A stretch of DNA of 57,342 bases, the filler included, from Trypethelium eluteriae (lineage: Eukaryota): the NCBI GenBank assembly GCA_051942245.1. It is 3 parts of 3 records of this genome, joined end to end, with 100 filler letters (N's around TTAATTAATTAA, not from the genome) between each part and the next. Parts side by side here need not be neighbours in the genome. Positions count along the whole stretch, not along the records: positions 1 to 19,055 come from JAVECL010000536.1; 2 more parts are not named here. One strand, given 5' to 3'. The notes under the pieces are model-generated. The model was not told the DNA's origin, ran no database searches, and saw only the letters and a list, made by a program, of their open reading frames with translations. The translations under genes and the position numbers were made by a program. Positions 1-12,380 of this stretch are shown one piece after another; position 1 is the stretch's first letter, and each line of letters starts with the position of its first letter.

Positions 1-6
1 GGCTAA

Positions 7-487
7 TATTATAAATACTTTTAATTAAAAATATATTAAAAGTAAGTATTATTTATAATATATTCATTGCGTAATATTAAGCGCGTCTTATAATAAGAGT
101 ATTAAAAATGCAGTATTATTACTTTAATTATTTTGCAGTAAAATAAATAAAATTTTACTTTATAAGGAGCAAGATAATATCTTATTTTTTTTTTATTACA
201 AACTTAATAAAAAAAAGGATTATAATAAAGGATTAATAAATATTTAAAAAGCCTAACTTTAGACGCATTCTCCTTTATTCCTCCTTATATTTTATTACAA
301 TATTATACTTTATAATTAATTATAAGTTAATTAAATAAGTCCTTATTTATTATAAATTGTTTAAAGTTTAATAACCTTCTTACACACATTAGATCCTTAA
401 CACTCCGCTCTTATGAAAAAAAAACCTAAGACTATTCTACGTACCTGCTACAAGCTGTGCTTGTACCAGGGGTATAGGCTCATAACA
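7..487 (+). mobile_element. 3' LTR of a second Ty3/Gypsy copy (same family as 6201-12875); body lies upstream of the window
   Basis: Aligns end to end with the LTRs at 6201-6695 and 12381-12875 (e.g. ctacgtacctgctacaagctgtgcttgtaccagggg..tataggctcataaca). It is preceded by ggctaa, the same sequence that follows the PPT at 12375-12380, and ends in ...AACA. The 5' part is heavily RIP-mutated. Confidence 0.93.
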
Positions 488-877
488 GCAATTATCTAAT
501 CCTACTGGGTAAAACAGTTGGTTATGTTAAATAAGTTAACCCGTTTATACCCATTTATAAAAAGTTTAAAGAGATTGATTAAAAAAAATAAAGGCTATAT
601 TAGAATATTTAAGCAGTTTTATCCTATCTTAATACAGTGGTTTCTTCTAAATGAGTCCCTGGAGCAGTTTAATTTAAGGCAGGCAGCCGCGTAGGTATTA
701 TAACACATATCAATTAGGGACAATCACAGCATACAAGAAATTTCTGAGGCCACTTTAATACGCTTTTCACAATATTTTAATCTTTATTACTCAATAATAA
801 TAAACAGATGGGATCCTATCGCAAATGCCCATTTCCGTCGGAGGCAATCAAGACGCACTAAGTTAAATCCGACCCGG

Positions 878-1264
878 ATGGAACACGATACAGATCCCTG
901 GCTGCCGACATTGCAGCCTTCTAGCCCTAGCACAGGTTATCCGATAGGTGAAACAGGTATGACAAGAGAATCACGGGAAATGAGATTTGAAAATGAGTAC
1001 CAATTGCTCACAAGTCATTTACTCCATGCTACTAGTGGCCGAGCACTGATCATAACATCATCAGGGGGAATGGGGATTTGCCCTGGAGAGCCAAGAACCG
1101 GAGATACAATAGTGCTTTTTCTTGGTGCTTCTCGCCCGTCTCTTGTACGAACGATTGGTGAGTGCTATACACTCGTTGGAACAGGATATCATCTCCAAAT
1201 TTCGGATGAAGAGTGGCCCGCAATTGAAAGCTTGGATCGACTGAATGGGTTTGTACTGCTATAA
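878..1264 (+). pseudogene. C-terminal remnant of a HET-6-like heterokaryon incompatibility protein
   Basis: GRALIITSSGGMGICPGEPRTGDTIVLFLGASRPSLVRTIGECYTLVGTGY matches the typical C-terminal motif of HET-domain proteins (GRxxFxTxxGxxGLxPxxxxxGDxxxxLxGxxxPxxLR..YxLVGxxY). Upstream 488-877 is AT-rich with stops and is cut by the LTR. Confidence 0.7.
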
Positions 1265-1290
1265 AATTTCAGGAACAAAGCAGACTTTCC

Positions 1291-1465
1291 GATGGGTCGA
1301 CAGCTCACTCACACCATATGATCGACGCCTTAGATTTCAACCCAAGCTCGGAGATCAGAATTTTCATTGTGTCGTACGGTGATGGGAAGCTAGCGATGTT
1401 TGACCCATGCCCAGCGAAAATAATCTATTCAAGGCCTTCTGTGTATGCACATTGTCTGGCATGTT
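1291..1465 (+). pseudogene. 5' piece of an interrupted WD40-repeat (probable NACHT-WD) gene
   Basis: Reads ..MIDALDFNPSSEIRIFIVSYGDGKLAMFDPCPAKIIYSRPSVYAHCLAC. It joins in frame to SPNGRLLVTGSSQG at 13865 once the insertions and one ATGTT copy are removed. Confidence 0.8.
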
Positions 1466-1669
1466 TGATGTTGTAACAGACAACTGAATGGGTGGTGAAA
1501 GCTTGTAGATTAAGCTATGGAGGCGAGGACATCTAATTGATTGATTGATTGATTATGTCCTACACCCAGTCAGGCCTAGCGCAGGCCCATGTGGGGGACT
1601 AGCTGACTAATATACAGTGTGAGAATTCCCTCGATATTATAAGCTCCTGTACAAGCTGAACCTTCCCTC

Positions 1670-4600
1670 TATCTAAGCTTTAGGATATGTTCTAAAGTAA
1701 TGCCAATCTTGCATACAGCCTGGCATCCAAATTCCGCTTAGAGAGTTGTTGCCAGCTTATTGCTAAACTTTTGGCCTATTAGCATTTCCCAAACATCCTA
1801 TTGCTATTATAAAGGAAAGTATCTTTTAGATAATTTAATAGTCTGGTTTTTACTTCTTTATTTCTCTTTTTATTTCTTTATTTATATATGCTCTAATTAG
1901 GGTTCCTGTGCTGTATTTCTGTAGATTGCCCTGCTATATTTTTTATCTTTAGCTTAATTATAGCTAGCATTAATAAAGGAAGTGCTTTACTGTTTTTAGG
2001 GCCCCGCATTTATAGAGGTTATTCTCTAATCTCTTAATTTTATGTAGGTAGCTATTAAGTTTACAGTATCCTAATCTAAGTTGGGCTAATAATCTGGCCT
2101 TCTTACTGCTTTGTCTGTTGTAAATATCCTTAATATACTTCCCTAAAGCTGCCTTATTAAGTAGTGTAAAACACCTATTTTTAGACAGCTTTTAGAGCTG
2201 ATTGCGGGCTTTGCTTAGTTCCCTCTATCCTAGTTTTTGTGCTGTGGCTGCTAACAGTTATTTATTTGCTGGGAGCTGGTCCTTTTTTATGGCTGACTTT
2301 GCTAGCATATATGCCCTCTCATTCCCTTGGATATCCTTGTGTGCCGGAACCCATATAAACTTGATTAGAATATCTCTTTGGTTTGCTTTATTTAGTAGGG
2401 TGTAGATCTTCTGTAGGACCTTGCTCCTCCTTTGGGGATTTCTAATTATTTTAAAAGCTTTTTTATTATTAGATAGGATTTGGGTTGTGTTAAACCTTCT
2501 CCCTAGGCTAAGGAGCTAAAGGATGGCTATTTCCAGCCCCCAACTAATTGCTTTAAGTTTTACCTTTATAGGCTTTGGGTGGGGTCCTCTGTTTACTGTT
2601 ATAAATCTAAAGAGGCCCAGGAAATTTAGCGCATAAAAACTAAGACCTGCTAGTCTATTTTTTATAGATGTATTTATAAAAAGTACTTATGTAGTCTTCT
2701 ATACTTCTTATATTTGCTCCTTCTTTATATTTAGGAAGACCCTAACTATTAGCTGCTATAGGGGTTTAATAAATGCTGGGCGTATCTCTATCCCCTCCAA
2801 ATTAATATCCTTAAATAGCTCTGCCATCACCTTATAGGGAGAGATAAACTTCTTATTCCATCCTAACTGTTTAAGTAACTTCCATCCAATATATTTCTTT
2901 GGACGGGTATGTAGGTTAACCCAGTGTTGTTTAATAGCTTTGTATAAACAGTCCTGGACTAGTTCTAACCCTCCCTTAATTATAGCTATATAGTAGGCTG
3001 CTGTTCTAAATATTTTTATAATAGCTAGTGCTCCAATTTTTATTGCCTTCTTAATTCTATGTTGTATAATACTTAATAACCCAGGAAACCATATTAGGGC
3101 TTTATAGTTAGTAATTAGGGCAATTATAGCTATAAAGAGCTGGTAAGCTGCTTTTGGCTATAGTCCTTATAGCCTTTTAAGTACTAAAGCTGCTTTTTCC
3201 CCTCTCTTTGCCGCCCTTACTGTGTAGATTTAAAATCTAAGTCCCTAATTAAGGATTACACCCAGTAGCTTTACCTTTATAAAAGGCTGGATTTCTGCTC
3301 TTATTACTGGGAGTAAAGTTTTTATATCTTCCTTATTCCTTTTAGTAAAATAAATTAGCTAAATTTTTTCTGGTTTAAATATTGCTCTACTTTTTTTTAC
3401 CCATTGCTCTGCTGCTAAAAGGATTTTTATTTAAATTTAGTTTAGGTTCTTTTTAGCTAACTTTTTAATTACTTAGGTATTAAAGTTATCCATAAATGCT
3501 GCTAAGTTACTACTATTTAATACCTATTTAGCTATTAAATTAGCGTTATAAAAAAGAAAGAGAAGCAGTAATAGCAGGGAGCCCTATAAGAGGCCTGCAT
3601 ATTTTATTTTTATAATTTCTAATTCCTTATTATTAATTATAATAAATGCCTTTTTAAAGAGATAGAATTCCAGGATCTATTATACCATTATCTCTGGTAT
3701 CTATTTTTGCTAAAGCCTTTAAGCTAATATATAAGGATTTATTTTATTATATACTCCTTTTATATTAAAGCTAACCAGGGAAAGTATCCTTTTTTATTTC
3801 CACGCCTAGTGGATTTATTTTATAATATACTGCAGAGCATTAATAATAAATCTTTATTTCCAAGCTCCAAAATAAGCTTTGGGCAGTAGACTATAGGTTT
3901 TATTTAGGTATAATAGCTGTTCTGTTAGGACAGATTTAAGAAGTTTTTTTAAGGTTGCTAATAATAAGATTGGATGATAAGCTTTTGGCTGTAAATAGTC
4001 TGGCTTATTTAGCTTTTTAAGTAGGATAATTTGTGCTATCTTTTATTTTTATGGAAGGTATTTAATTTATATTAAGGCCTTAAATAACCTAAATATATAA
4101 TCCTTAGTTACTGGTTATAGCTTCTGCCATATTATTATAGGTAGCCTATTAGGCCCCGCTGCTTTAAATAATTTAGCTTTTTAAATTGCCTTATAAATCT
4201 CCTCTTTAATAAGCTTTACCCATTGGAGCTGGTTAGGGGTATTTTTTTATAGTATTTATTTTACCTCTGCCTTCTGATTAAAAAACTAAGTTAGTAATAT
4301 TTTTAAAATCTTCTTATTTATAATAGCCACGCCTTATTCTATTTATAAAGCTGGGATACCTCTAAATTAGCTTGCCTTTATTAAGTGCATGTATTTGGTT
4401 ATTTTCTAGATATTTTCTGCTTCACCTAAGAACTTGTGCCAATATAGTTATTTTTGCTTTTAAGCTATATTATGGAATAGCTTTTTAGCCTACTTCACCT
4501 TTTCTTTTAGCATATTATTCCTCCATCTGTAGCGCCGGAGGGCTTTGGCTTTATTCCTTGCTCTTATGTATCCTTAACAGAGTCTTAAAAGGTTATGGGT

Positions 4601-5545
4601 CTATTATTTCTTTAAGTAGGGGGCTGGTCTTAATACTGGTGTATGTGCTAGTATAGCTCTATTAACTGCCTCTATAAGCTGCTGGGCTATGCTGTTAAGA
4701 GTATCCAGTTTAGGGTTATTTAGCAGCTCTACTCTTATAATAGTAATTATCCTCTCTACTTCCTTCTTTACCTTAGTCCAGTTGGTTTGTTAAAATAGGT
4801 ATCTTGGTTTTTGCGTGGGTTTGTATATTTTTTAATTAAATAATATTTTAATTGCCTTATAGTCCGGTCTGTATGCTGTCTGCTAGGTATTATATTTATC
4901 TAAATTATTATAAAGCCCTAATAACGTTATACAGAGGTTAATAATTAATCCTAAGTTGTATATTGGTGTTCCTTTTAGAAGGAGGAGCTAAAGGTCTTGC
5001 TCTCCCATAAACTAAAAAATAGCTTCCCCTTAATCCTGCTAAATAAGGTCTCCGCCCTAGAATTAATTATGTTTATTAAAGTCTCCTTTAATTAGACATT
5101 TATATGTGGGATATTAAAGTTTTATATTTATTAATAATTCTAGAATCTTGTACATATTCCCCTTATTTATAGCTGCAGTTCCTGTATGGGGAGGAATATA
5201 TATAAAAAAGACAAGGAGCAATTATTTATTTAGCTTAAATTCTACTGCTACAATATCTAGCAAAGCTACCGGTATTTATCTAGCCTATAGCCCTGTTTTC
5301 ACATATGCTAGCACGCAGAATGGGAGTCTCCCTTCTTTGTATATTAATAGTTTAATTTATATCCAACCTGCATGTAACTGGGGGGCTAAGCTTACTAATC
5401 CTTTTTTAATACAGAAGTATGCTGGTTTTTAAAGGAGAAGAAGGCTAAAGTTTATTAAACTTGGGTTGTTAAGGAGAGCATATTGTGCTTTTAGCATGTG
5501 CTAAATATTAGCTTGTAATATACATAAAGGTTTATTATTTATAAA
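1670..5545 (-). pseudogene. LINE ORF2 (APE endonuclease-reverse transcriptase, probable RNase H), many RIP stops; ends approximate
   Basis: Minus-strand motifs: ILQANI (~5520), GDFNKH (~5085), YHPILLLATLKKLLKSV (~3975), GLL*GSLLLLLLFLFYNANL (decayed GLPQGSPLSP, ~3595), AFMDN (decayed F-x-DD, ~3495). Confidence 0.85.
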
Positions 5546-6200
5546 AATCCCCTCTTTTTTATCTTTGGCAGGCTGGGCATTTAAAGGATAGCATATAATG
5601 CTTGCTTAGATAGTTGTAGCACTGCTTTTTATTAGTGTAAGGCTCCTTTCTATGGGCTGCTTTGGAGTAATTTATGCACTTTTTTTAATTCTTATAATTT
5701 TAGGCTATATGGTTAAAGCCCCCATATTATTTGCATTAAATTATTTAGGACTTATAAAATTCCCTTACATAGGCTACTTCCCCTTATATAAAGATATAAC
5801 CCTTAACTAAAAGAGCCTCCTTTTCCTTTTAAAATAAGCATATTAGGACTAATTATATTATCCATTTTTTTGGGGACTGGCTAAGGTATTAAATAGCTTA
5901 AATTGCAAGTTTATTTTTTTTTTAAAGCTGTTAATAGATTTTTTTAGGAATATTCTCGCCTTTATTAAGATTGCTAACCTTATATTCATTTACCCCTAAT
6001 AGCTTTACTTTAAAGTGTTCTTAAGTAATTAGCCTTGCTTTATTAAATTCCAGTTTAATTATTTTTAGCCATAGCTTCTTTTTTTTAATTGCTTAAGCCT
6101 ATTATTTATTGCTAAATATAAATTAAACCTATTCTTACTATTTAAATAAGACCACGGTATATTTAATATTATTAAGGTGTGGTATCGCCTAAATAGCTTT

Positions 6201-6695
6201 TGTTACGAACGCTCCTAACCAAGGACGCGTTGGAGGTAGCCACTACTTGTAGTGCACCAATCGCGTAACACTGAGCGCGTCTCGCAACAGGAGTAAGCAA
6301 GGACGTGGCACGGACACCTTGACTATCTTGCAGTGAGATAAGTAAGATCTCACCTCGCAGAGAGTGAGACGACATCTCGCTCTCCTTGCTGCAACACCAG
6401 TAAGAAGGAAGGTTGTAGTGGAGAAGGAATAAATATTTAAGGAACTAAGTTCTAAGCACACTCTTATTCTTTTCCTTATGTTTTATTACTTTATTATATT
6501 ATACCAAAATTATACCTACAGTTAGTTATAAGCCAAATTAAATAAGTCCTTATTTATTACTAAGTTGTTTAAAGCTTAGTAACCCTTCTTATATTATTAG
6601 ATCCTTGACACTCCACTCTTACGTAAAAAACCTTAAGACCACTCTACGTACCTGCTACAAGCTGTGCTTATATTAGGGGGTATAGGCTTATAATA
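6201..6695 (+). repeat. 5' LTR
   Basis: Starts TGTTACGAAC. Colinear with 12381-12875, differing mostly by C->T and G->A transitions. Confidence 0.96.
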
Positions 6696-6714
6696 TAATA
6701 AAACGCCCTCAAGG

Positions 6715-9700
6715 ATAAGTTAATTAGGATCCACTCTGCGGCCGGAGTCCCGCACTAAAGCCCTATTAAAAGAAGGTAAAGTGGGACAACCTAATAAGTA
6801 TTTTAGGGAAAGAAGCAAGTTGGAAAAATAGCTGTGCTAAATCTAACTCCACTTCTTATTTAAAAGAATTTTAGATAATTAATAAACCTTGGTAGCCTTA
6901 TTATACTTAAGAGGATAGGCCTAATACTGGATAAAACCCAAACTAACTTTATATCTTAATAACTTGGAGGACCCTAACAGCCTTTTTATAAGATTCCCTT
7001 AATTTAAAAGAGAGTTTAGACAAATTTTTGGAATCTTTAATAAAGTTAAAATAACAGAGTAAGCAATTTAAAATTTAGTATAAAGAACTTTAATAGCAGA
7101 TTACGCAGCTAAGTTCTAAAAATATTCTAACAAACTAAAATAAAATAATAAAGTATTACAACTTATGTACTGGAGAGGACTTAAAGATAATGTTAAGGAT
7201 AAGCTAATGCGTTACAGCAGCTTTACTAATATATTGCAAAAACTTATTAATACCTTAATTAAACTGGATAATAAACTTTACGTAAGGCGTATAAAAAGGC
7301 AATCAGCCTTATATATTCCAGTAAGAAAAATAAGAGGAATTACTTAATATTATAATAATAATAAACCAATGGAAGGAGTTTAATACTCCAACCTAGCACA
7401 AAGTAAGAAGGAAAAAGGTGCCCAAACAAAAAGGAAGTGCTATGCCTGTAAAAAGCCAGGGCATATAATAAAAAACTGTTAATCTAAGAATAAGGTGGAT
7501 CGCAGGAAAGAATTTAATATAGCAACCTAAGTCCATTTAGGAGAAGATAAAATTATTATCAATAAACCAATAAGCAATAATAATACTAGGAACTTAGATG
7601 TTTTCTAGTATTAGATGTTTAATAATAAATCCGACGCAGAGAAAAGTACTTTATGGGAAGAAGTCACAAACCCTGCGAACAGCTAAGAGGACCTACCGGA
7701 AATTACTTACAGTATCCAAGGAGAGGTAACAACGCAAAAGAAGCATGAGGATTATGTGCACTTAGTATTAAAAATAGAGGATCACCCAGATTATAAAATC
7801 CTAGGAAGATGTGTAATGCAAAACTGCAAGATCTATTGTGCTTATGTTGCAACACACCCCAAACTCCTAACAATTATATAGAATTTAGAACAACAGAATT
7901 TTAGATACTGGAAGGAGGTTTATGGACTCTCACAGCATCCCAACCACAATTGGATGACCGGATGGGAGCAATGTCAAGATAATGCGTGCAAAAAGCATTA
8001 ATGGGACAAGGAACAGAATGAAAAAAGGTTGCGATACTAACTTCAGCATTTTATTAAATGCGGGCTTAAGGATTATGCATTCTACTAAGAACAGGAAAGC
8101 AAGCATAGTTGACTAAGCGAAAAGTTCTATAAAGAAAAGGAGACCTGCCTATACCACAGACTAGGTAATAATGTAGCTTGGGGAAGGAGCAGATTTAAAT
8201 AAGGATTATGTCCAAAACCACCCTACAAACTGTCTATGTGTAAAATAATAAACTGGCTAAAATATGTTAGCACTGTGTGTGTTAAATACTGCCAAAAGTA
8301 AGCAGACTATTGTGCGAAATATTAATGCAATAACCTAAATTATTATAAACATTGCCTAGATTATAAGGATATAAAACCAGAATAGCAAGCCTGCCATAAT
8401 ACTGCTAAGAAGATAAATAATAAAGAGGGAAAAGTTAACAACTTCTTATAAAGGGGTTATAAGTAAGTTATAATATAACATCCCCTAGCAAAGCAATAAC
8501 AGGATTATTCAAAATTAAGGTTAAGATTAAAAACCAATAGGTTAAAGTAATAATTAATAATAATATATTAATAAACATAATAGCAGTAATAATTACTAAA
8601 AAGATTGGACTTAATATTAGGGAAAAGGAAAAGTTATACAGTTTATATAAAGCTACCGGATTACAACTTGCAGAATAAGGATAGGTGGATATTAAGATAG
8701 AACTTATTTCCATAACTACATAAGGGCACACTAAGGAAATCCAACTTAATATTATAAATCTAATTAGGTACAATATTATACTTAGATTATTATAGTTATA
8801 AAATTATAACCTAAATATTAATTAAGAAACAGGGGAAATTACATTCTTTAGGTGCAAACACGGTATTGCATAGAACCCCAGAAGAGCAGAGAATTACTTT
8901 AAGGATAAAATAAGGACAAGCTATGGTGTAACTCTAATATTAACAAACAAGGATAACTAAAAAGGACAAACTGGATCCAGCATATCTAACATTTTAATAA
9001 AGGTAGAAGGTTAACCAAGGGATAACGCAGAGCGTAAGGACGCCGAACTTATAATAATACCTCTTAAATACAAAAAGTATTTGCTACTCTTTAAGAAAGG
9101 GAGGGCAGACTAAGCACTGCCTCCGCACCAACTGTGGGACTATAAAATAAGATTGGAGCTAGGGAAGCAGCCTACCTTTAGACCTTTATATCCCCAGTCA
9201 CAGAGAGAACTAAAGACGCTTTAAGAATAGCTAGGAGAAAACCTCTAAAAAGGATTTATCTAAAAATTAGAGTCTTTAGCAGGACATTTTATACTTTTTG
9301 TTCCCAAGAAGAATAAAAAACTGCGATTATGTGTTAATTACTAAAAACTCAATATTATTATGGTTAAAAATAGGTATCTATTACCTAATGCGGCAGAACT
9401 AAGAGACCGCCTAACTGGAGCAAAGTAGCTTACATTATTAGATCAGAAAGATGCCTATAATTCCATCCGCATAAAGGAAGGTGAGGAATGGAAAACTGCA
9501 TTTAGAATAAAATACAGACTATTTAAATCCTTAGTAATGCCGTTTGGATTAATAAACGCACCTGCAACCTGTCAGGAATAGATTAATAACGCATTATAAT
9601 TATATCTAAACATCTTTATAATTGTATATCTTAATAATATACTAATCTATTCCAAAATAAAGGAAGAACATATAAAATATGTAAAGATGGTATTAGAATA

Positions 9701-11830
9701 TTTAAGGAAAAGGAATCTTAAACTATCACCAAAGAAGTATATCTTTTATTAAGAATAAGTAATATTCTTAGGATATGTAGTAGAAAAAGATTGGATTTAA
9801 ATAAAACCAGGAAAGGTATAATCAGTCTTAATATAGCTAAAGCTAATAAATATTAAGGGGGTTTAAAGTTTCTTAGGATTTATAAACTTTAACCAACAGT
9901 TTATCCCTAAATATTCTAAAAAAGTAAAACTACTTACAGACCTTATAAAGGGTGAGCAATTATTTAAATAAGAATAGCCATAAAAAAAAGCCTTTAAAGT
10001 TATTAAGGAGGAGATTGTAAAAGACTTAGAACTAATAATCTGCAACCCAAAGTTACCACTGAAGCTTAAGACGGATGCTTTAGATTTTATAATAGGCGCT
10101 TGCTTATTACAATGGGTAAATAGGAAGTGGAGACTAATAGGATACTACTTAAGAAAAATAACTCCTGCTAAACTAAATTATAACATCTATAATAAGGAAT
10201 TGCTAGCAATAATAGCAGCAATGGAATACTAAAGAGCGTATATAAAAGGAACACCCAGACTGGATGTTTATACTAACTATAAGAATCTGTTAATATTTAT
10301 AACAACAAAATAGTTAAACTAAAGACAAGTTAGATGGGCAGAACTCCTTAAATAATACAAATTTATTATATATTACGCACTAAGAAAGGAAAATGGAAGA
10401 GCAGATGCTTTAAGTTAATAAGAAGATTATTAAGGAAACAAAAAAGTATACCAAGCAGTGTTTAAGGAAAAGAATAATAGCACTCTTAAAAGCATTTCCT
10501 AAGAGTTTGGATTAATTTTTAACATCCTGGAAGATGAGAATAAACAGTTCCTTATTATCACTTAAAAATTATAGATTCTAAATAATAAAGTTAATTATTA
10601 CATTTAAAGATATTATAATAAACCGCGATATGGGCATCCTAGAGTTGCACAGATACTCAGGAATATATCTTAAAACTGCATTTTTAATAATATAAAGCAG
10701 AAAGTCTAGAGCTATGTGGCAAAATGTAATTACTGCAAAAGAAATAAGTATAATACCCAAAGAAGAAAAGGCACTATTTAACCAATTTAAGCACTAATAA
10801 GGCCTTGGGAGCAGATTATAATAGACTTTATTACAGACTTGCCTGCATTAAAGCACCCAGTAACCAGAGAAGTCTACACAGCAATCTATGTAATAATATG
10901 CAGACTAATAAAGTATATAATACTAATTTTATTTAATAAAAAGTATGGGATAAAAAAAACAGCATAAATACTTTTTAAAAGAGTGATATCATACTTCGGA
11001 TTACCTATCTTAATAATATTGGACTGAGATAGAAGGTTTACAGCTAAATTCTTTTAAACATTAATGGCAAACTTAGGGACTAGAACCAAGCTATTAACAG
11101 CGTATCATAAGGAGACTGACGGATAAACTAAATGGATAAACTAATTACTAGAATAATTTTTAAGATACTATGTTAATAATCTATAAGATAATTAGGTATT
11201 ATTATTACCCATAGCACAGTTGTGCATTAACACCAAAGAATCCAGTATAATAAAGTTCGTGCCTATCCAAGGGCTAATAAGGTATATACCACTATTAATT
11301 TAGCCAATACCTATTAGAATAATATTAATATTGGGAGAAGAATGTGGAAAAATAATAAAGCTAGTACATAATAAAATAGCTAAAAATATTAATAAAAGAA
11401 ACAAGAGCTTAATACAAAGCAACAAAAAAGTAAATAAACCTTAACTAAAAAAAGGGGATAAAGTATACTTACTTACAAAAAATTTAAAAACAAAAAGACC
11501 TTACAAGAAGCTTAGTGCGGTAAAGGTTGGTCTATTTATTATTAAAGAAAGGAAAAATAAGGTTAATTATAAGTTAAACCTTCCGCAGGATGCTTAAATC
11601 CACCCAGTGTTTTATTTATCCCTATTAGAGTTAGCGGATAAAAGCACATTATATGCAGAAGTATTTAGGTATAAATTAAAAGAAGAACATAAATTTAAAG
11701 TGGAAGAAATCCTGCAAAAAAAGAACAAAAAGTATTTAATAAAGTAAAAAGGATACCTAAACTTAAAAAATACTTAGGAGATAAAAAAAATACTATTTAA
11801 GTATGGAGAAAAGATATAATAATATTTAAG
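6715..11830 (+). pseudogene. Degenerate gag-pol polyprotein; ends approximate
   Basis: Gag KVGQPNKYFRERSKLEK; knuckle KCYACKKPGHIIKNC (~7435); RT WKTAF...[14 protein letters not shown] (~9490) and YLNNILIYS (YLDD decayed, ~9625); RNase H KTDALDFIIGACL (~10068); IN PWEQIIIDFITDLP (~10803); chromodomain FKVEEIL...YLIK*KGY (~11693). Confidence 0.92.
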
Positions 11831-11831
11831 T

Positions 11832-12302
11832 TTAAAAGGAAAGAAAAAACCTACCCACAGTAACCATATTTTTAACACCAGCAAAAGTCTCTTATAATAA
11901 GGGAGAAAAACTGATGGTAGCAGTAGCGGCAGGATAATTATCCTTATTAACCGCACTCTTATTAAGTTTATTAAGAGCATATTTAGTTTTTTATTTTGCA
12001 CATTCCTTAGCTTAATAAAGAATCTTTTTATAACGCATAAGGTGAGTAAGTACTTTAGTAAGCTCTTTCTTATCCTTTAATACTCTTTTAATATATTCCT
12101 CTTAAGTACAATTAAAAAAAAACCATAATAAGTTTACGCATAATTTCCCCATTTTTACACACTTAAAACACTTAGCATAAAACTCCATAGCAATATAAAT
12201 ATGGCTATAAAAAAGGCAGAGGTTGCAAGGCAATGGAACCAGAAAACCAAAGTTTTTAATCTCTAAGGATAAGCAGTAGTGATAAAGTTTAAAGGAAGAT
12301 AT
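11832..12302 (-). pseudogene. Antisense extra ORF of the Gypsy element: Zn(II)2Cys6-like cluster plus coiled coil (RIP-damaged)
   Basis: 157 codons with no frameshift. CNLC-LFYSHI-Y(TAT<-TGT)-IAMEFYAK-CFKC-VKMGKL-C gives C-x2-C-x6-C-x8-C-x2-C-x6-C at 12227-12138, followed by a charged helix EEYIKRVLKDKKELTKVLTHLMRYKKIL. The internal stops are all TAA, compatible with RIP. Confidence 0.7.
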
Positions 12303-12363
12303 CTTACTAAATGGATGAAAGCGGGGTTACTCCCACTTATATTCCATGTAAGGACACGTAACT

Positions 12364-12376
12364 AAGGAGGAGGGGG
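12364..12376 (+). other. Polypurine tract (plus-strand primer)
   Basis: aaggaggaggggg just upstream of the 3' LTR. Confidence 0.88.
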
Positions 12377-12380
12377 CTAA

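Noticed and set aside
7..6695. LTR 7-487 and LTR 6201-6695 as the two ends of one element
   Set aside because: LTR 7-487 is preceded by the PPT-side sequence, so it is a 3' LTR. It is followed by GCAAT rather than an internal region, and TSD GCTTT pairs 6201 with 12875.
2202..12001. Short Ile/Leu/Phe-rich ORFs in the ORF track (2202, 5148, 8468, 9863, 10578, 11774)
   Set aside because: Chance antisense or off-frame products of AT-rich RIPed retroelement sequence. 11774-12001 is in a different frame from the Zn2Cys6 ORF.
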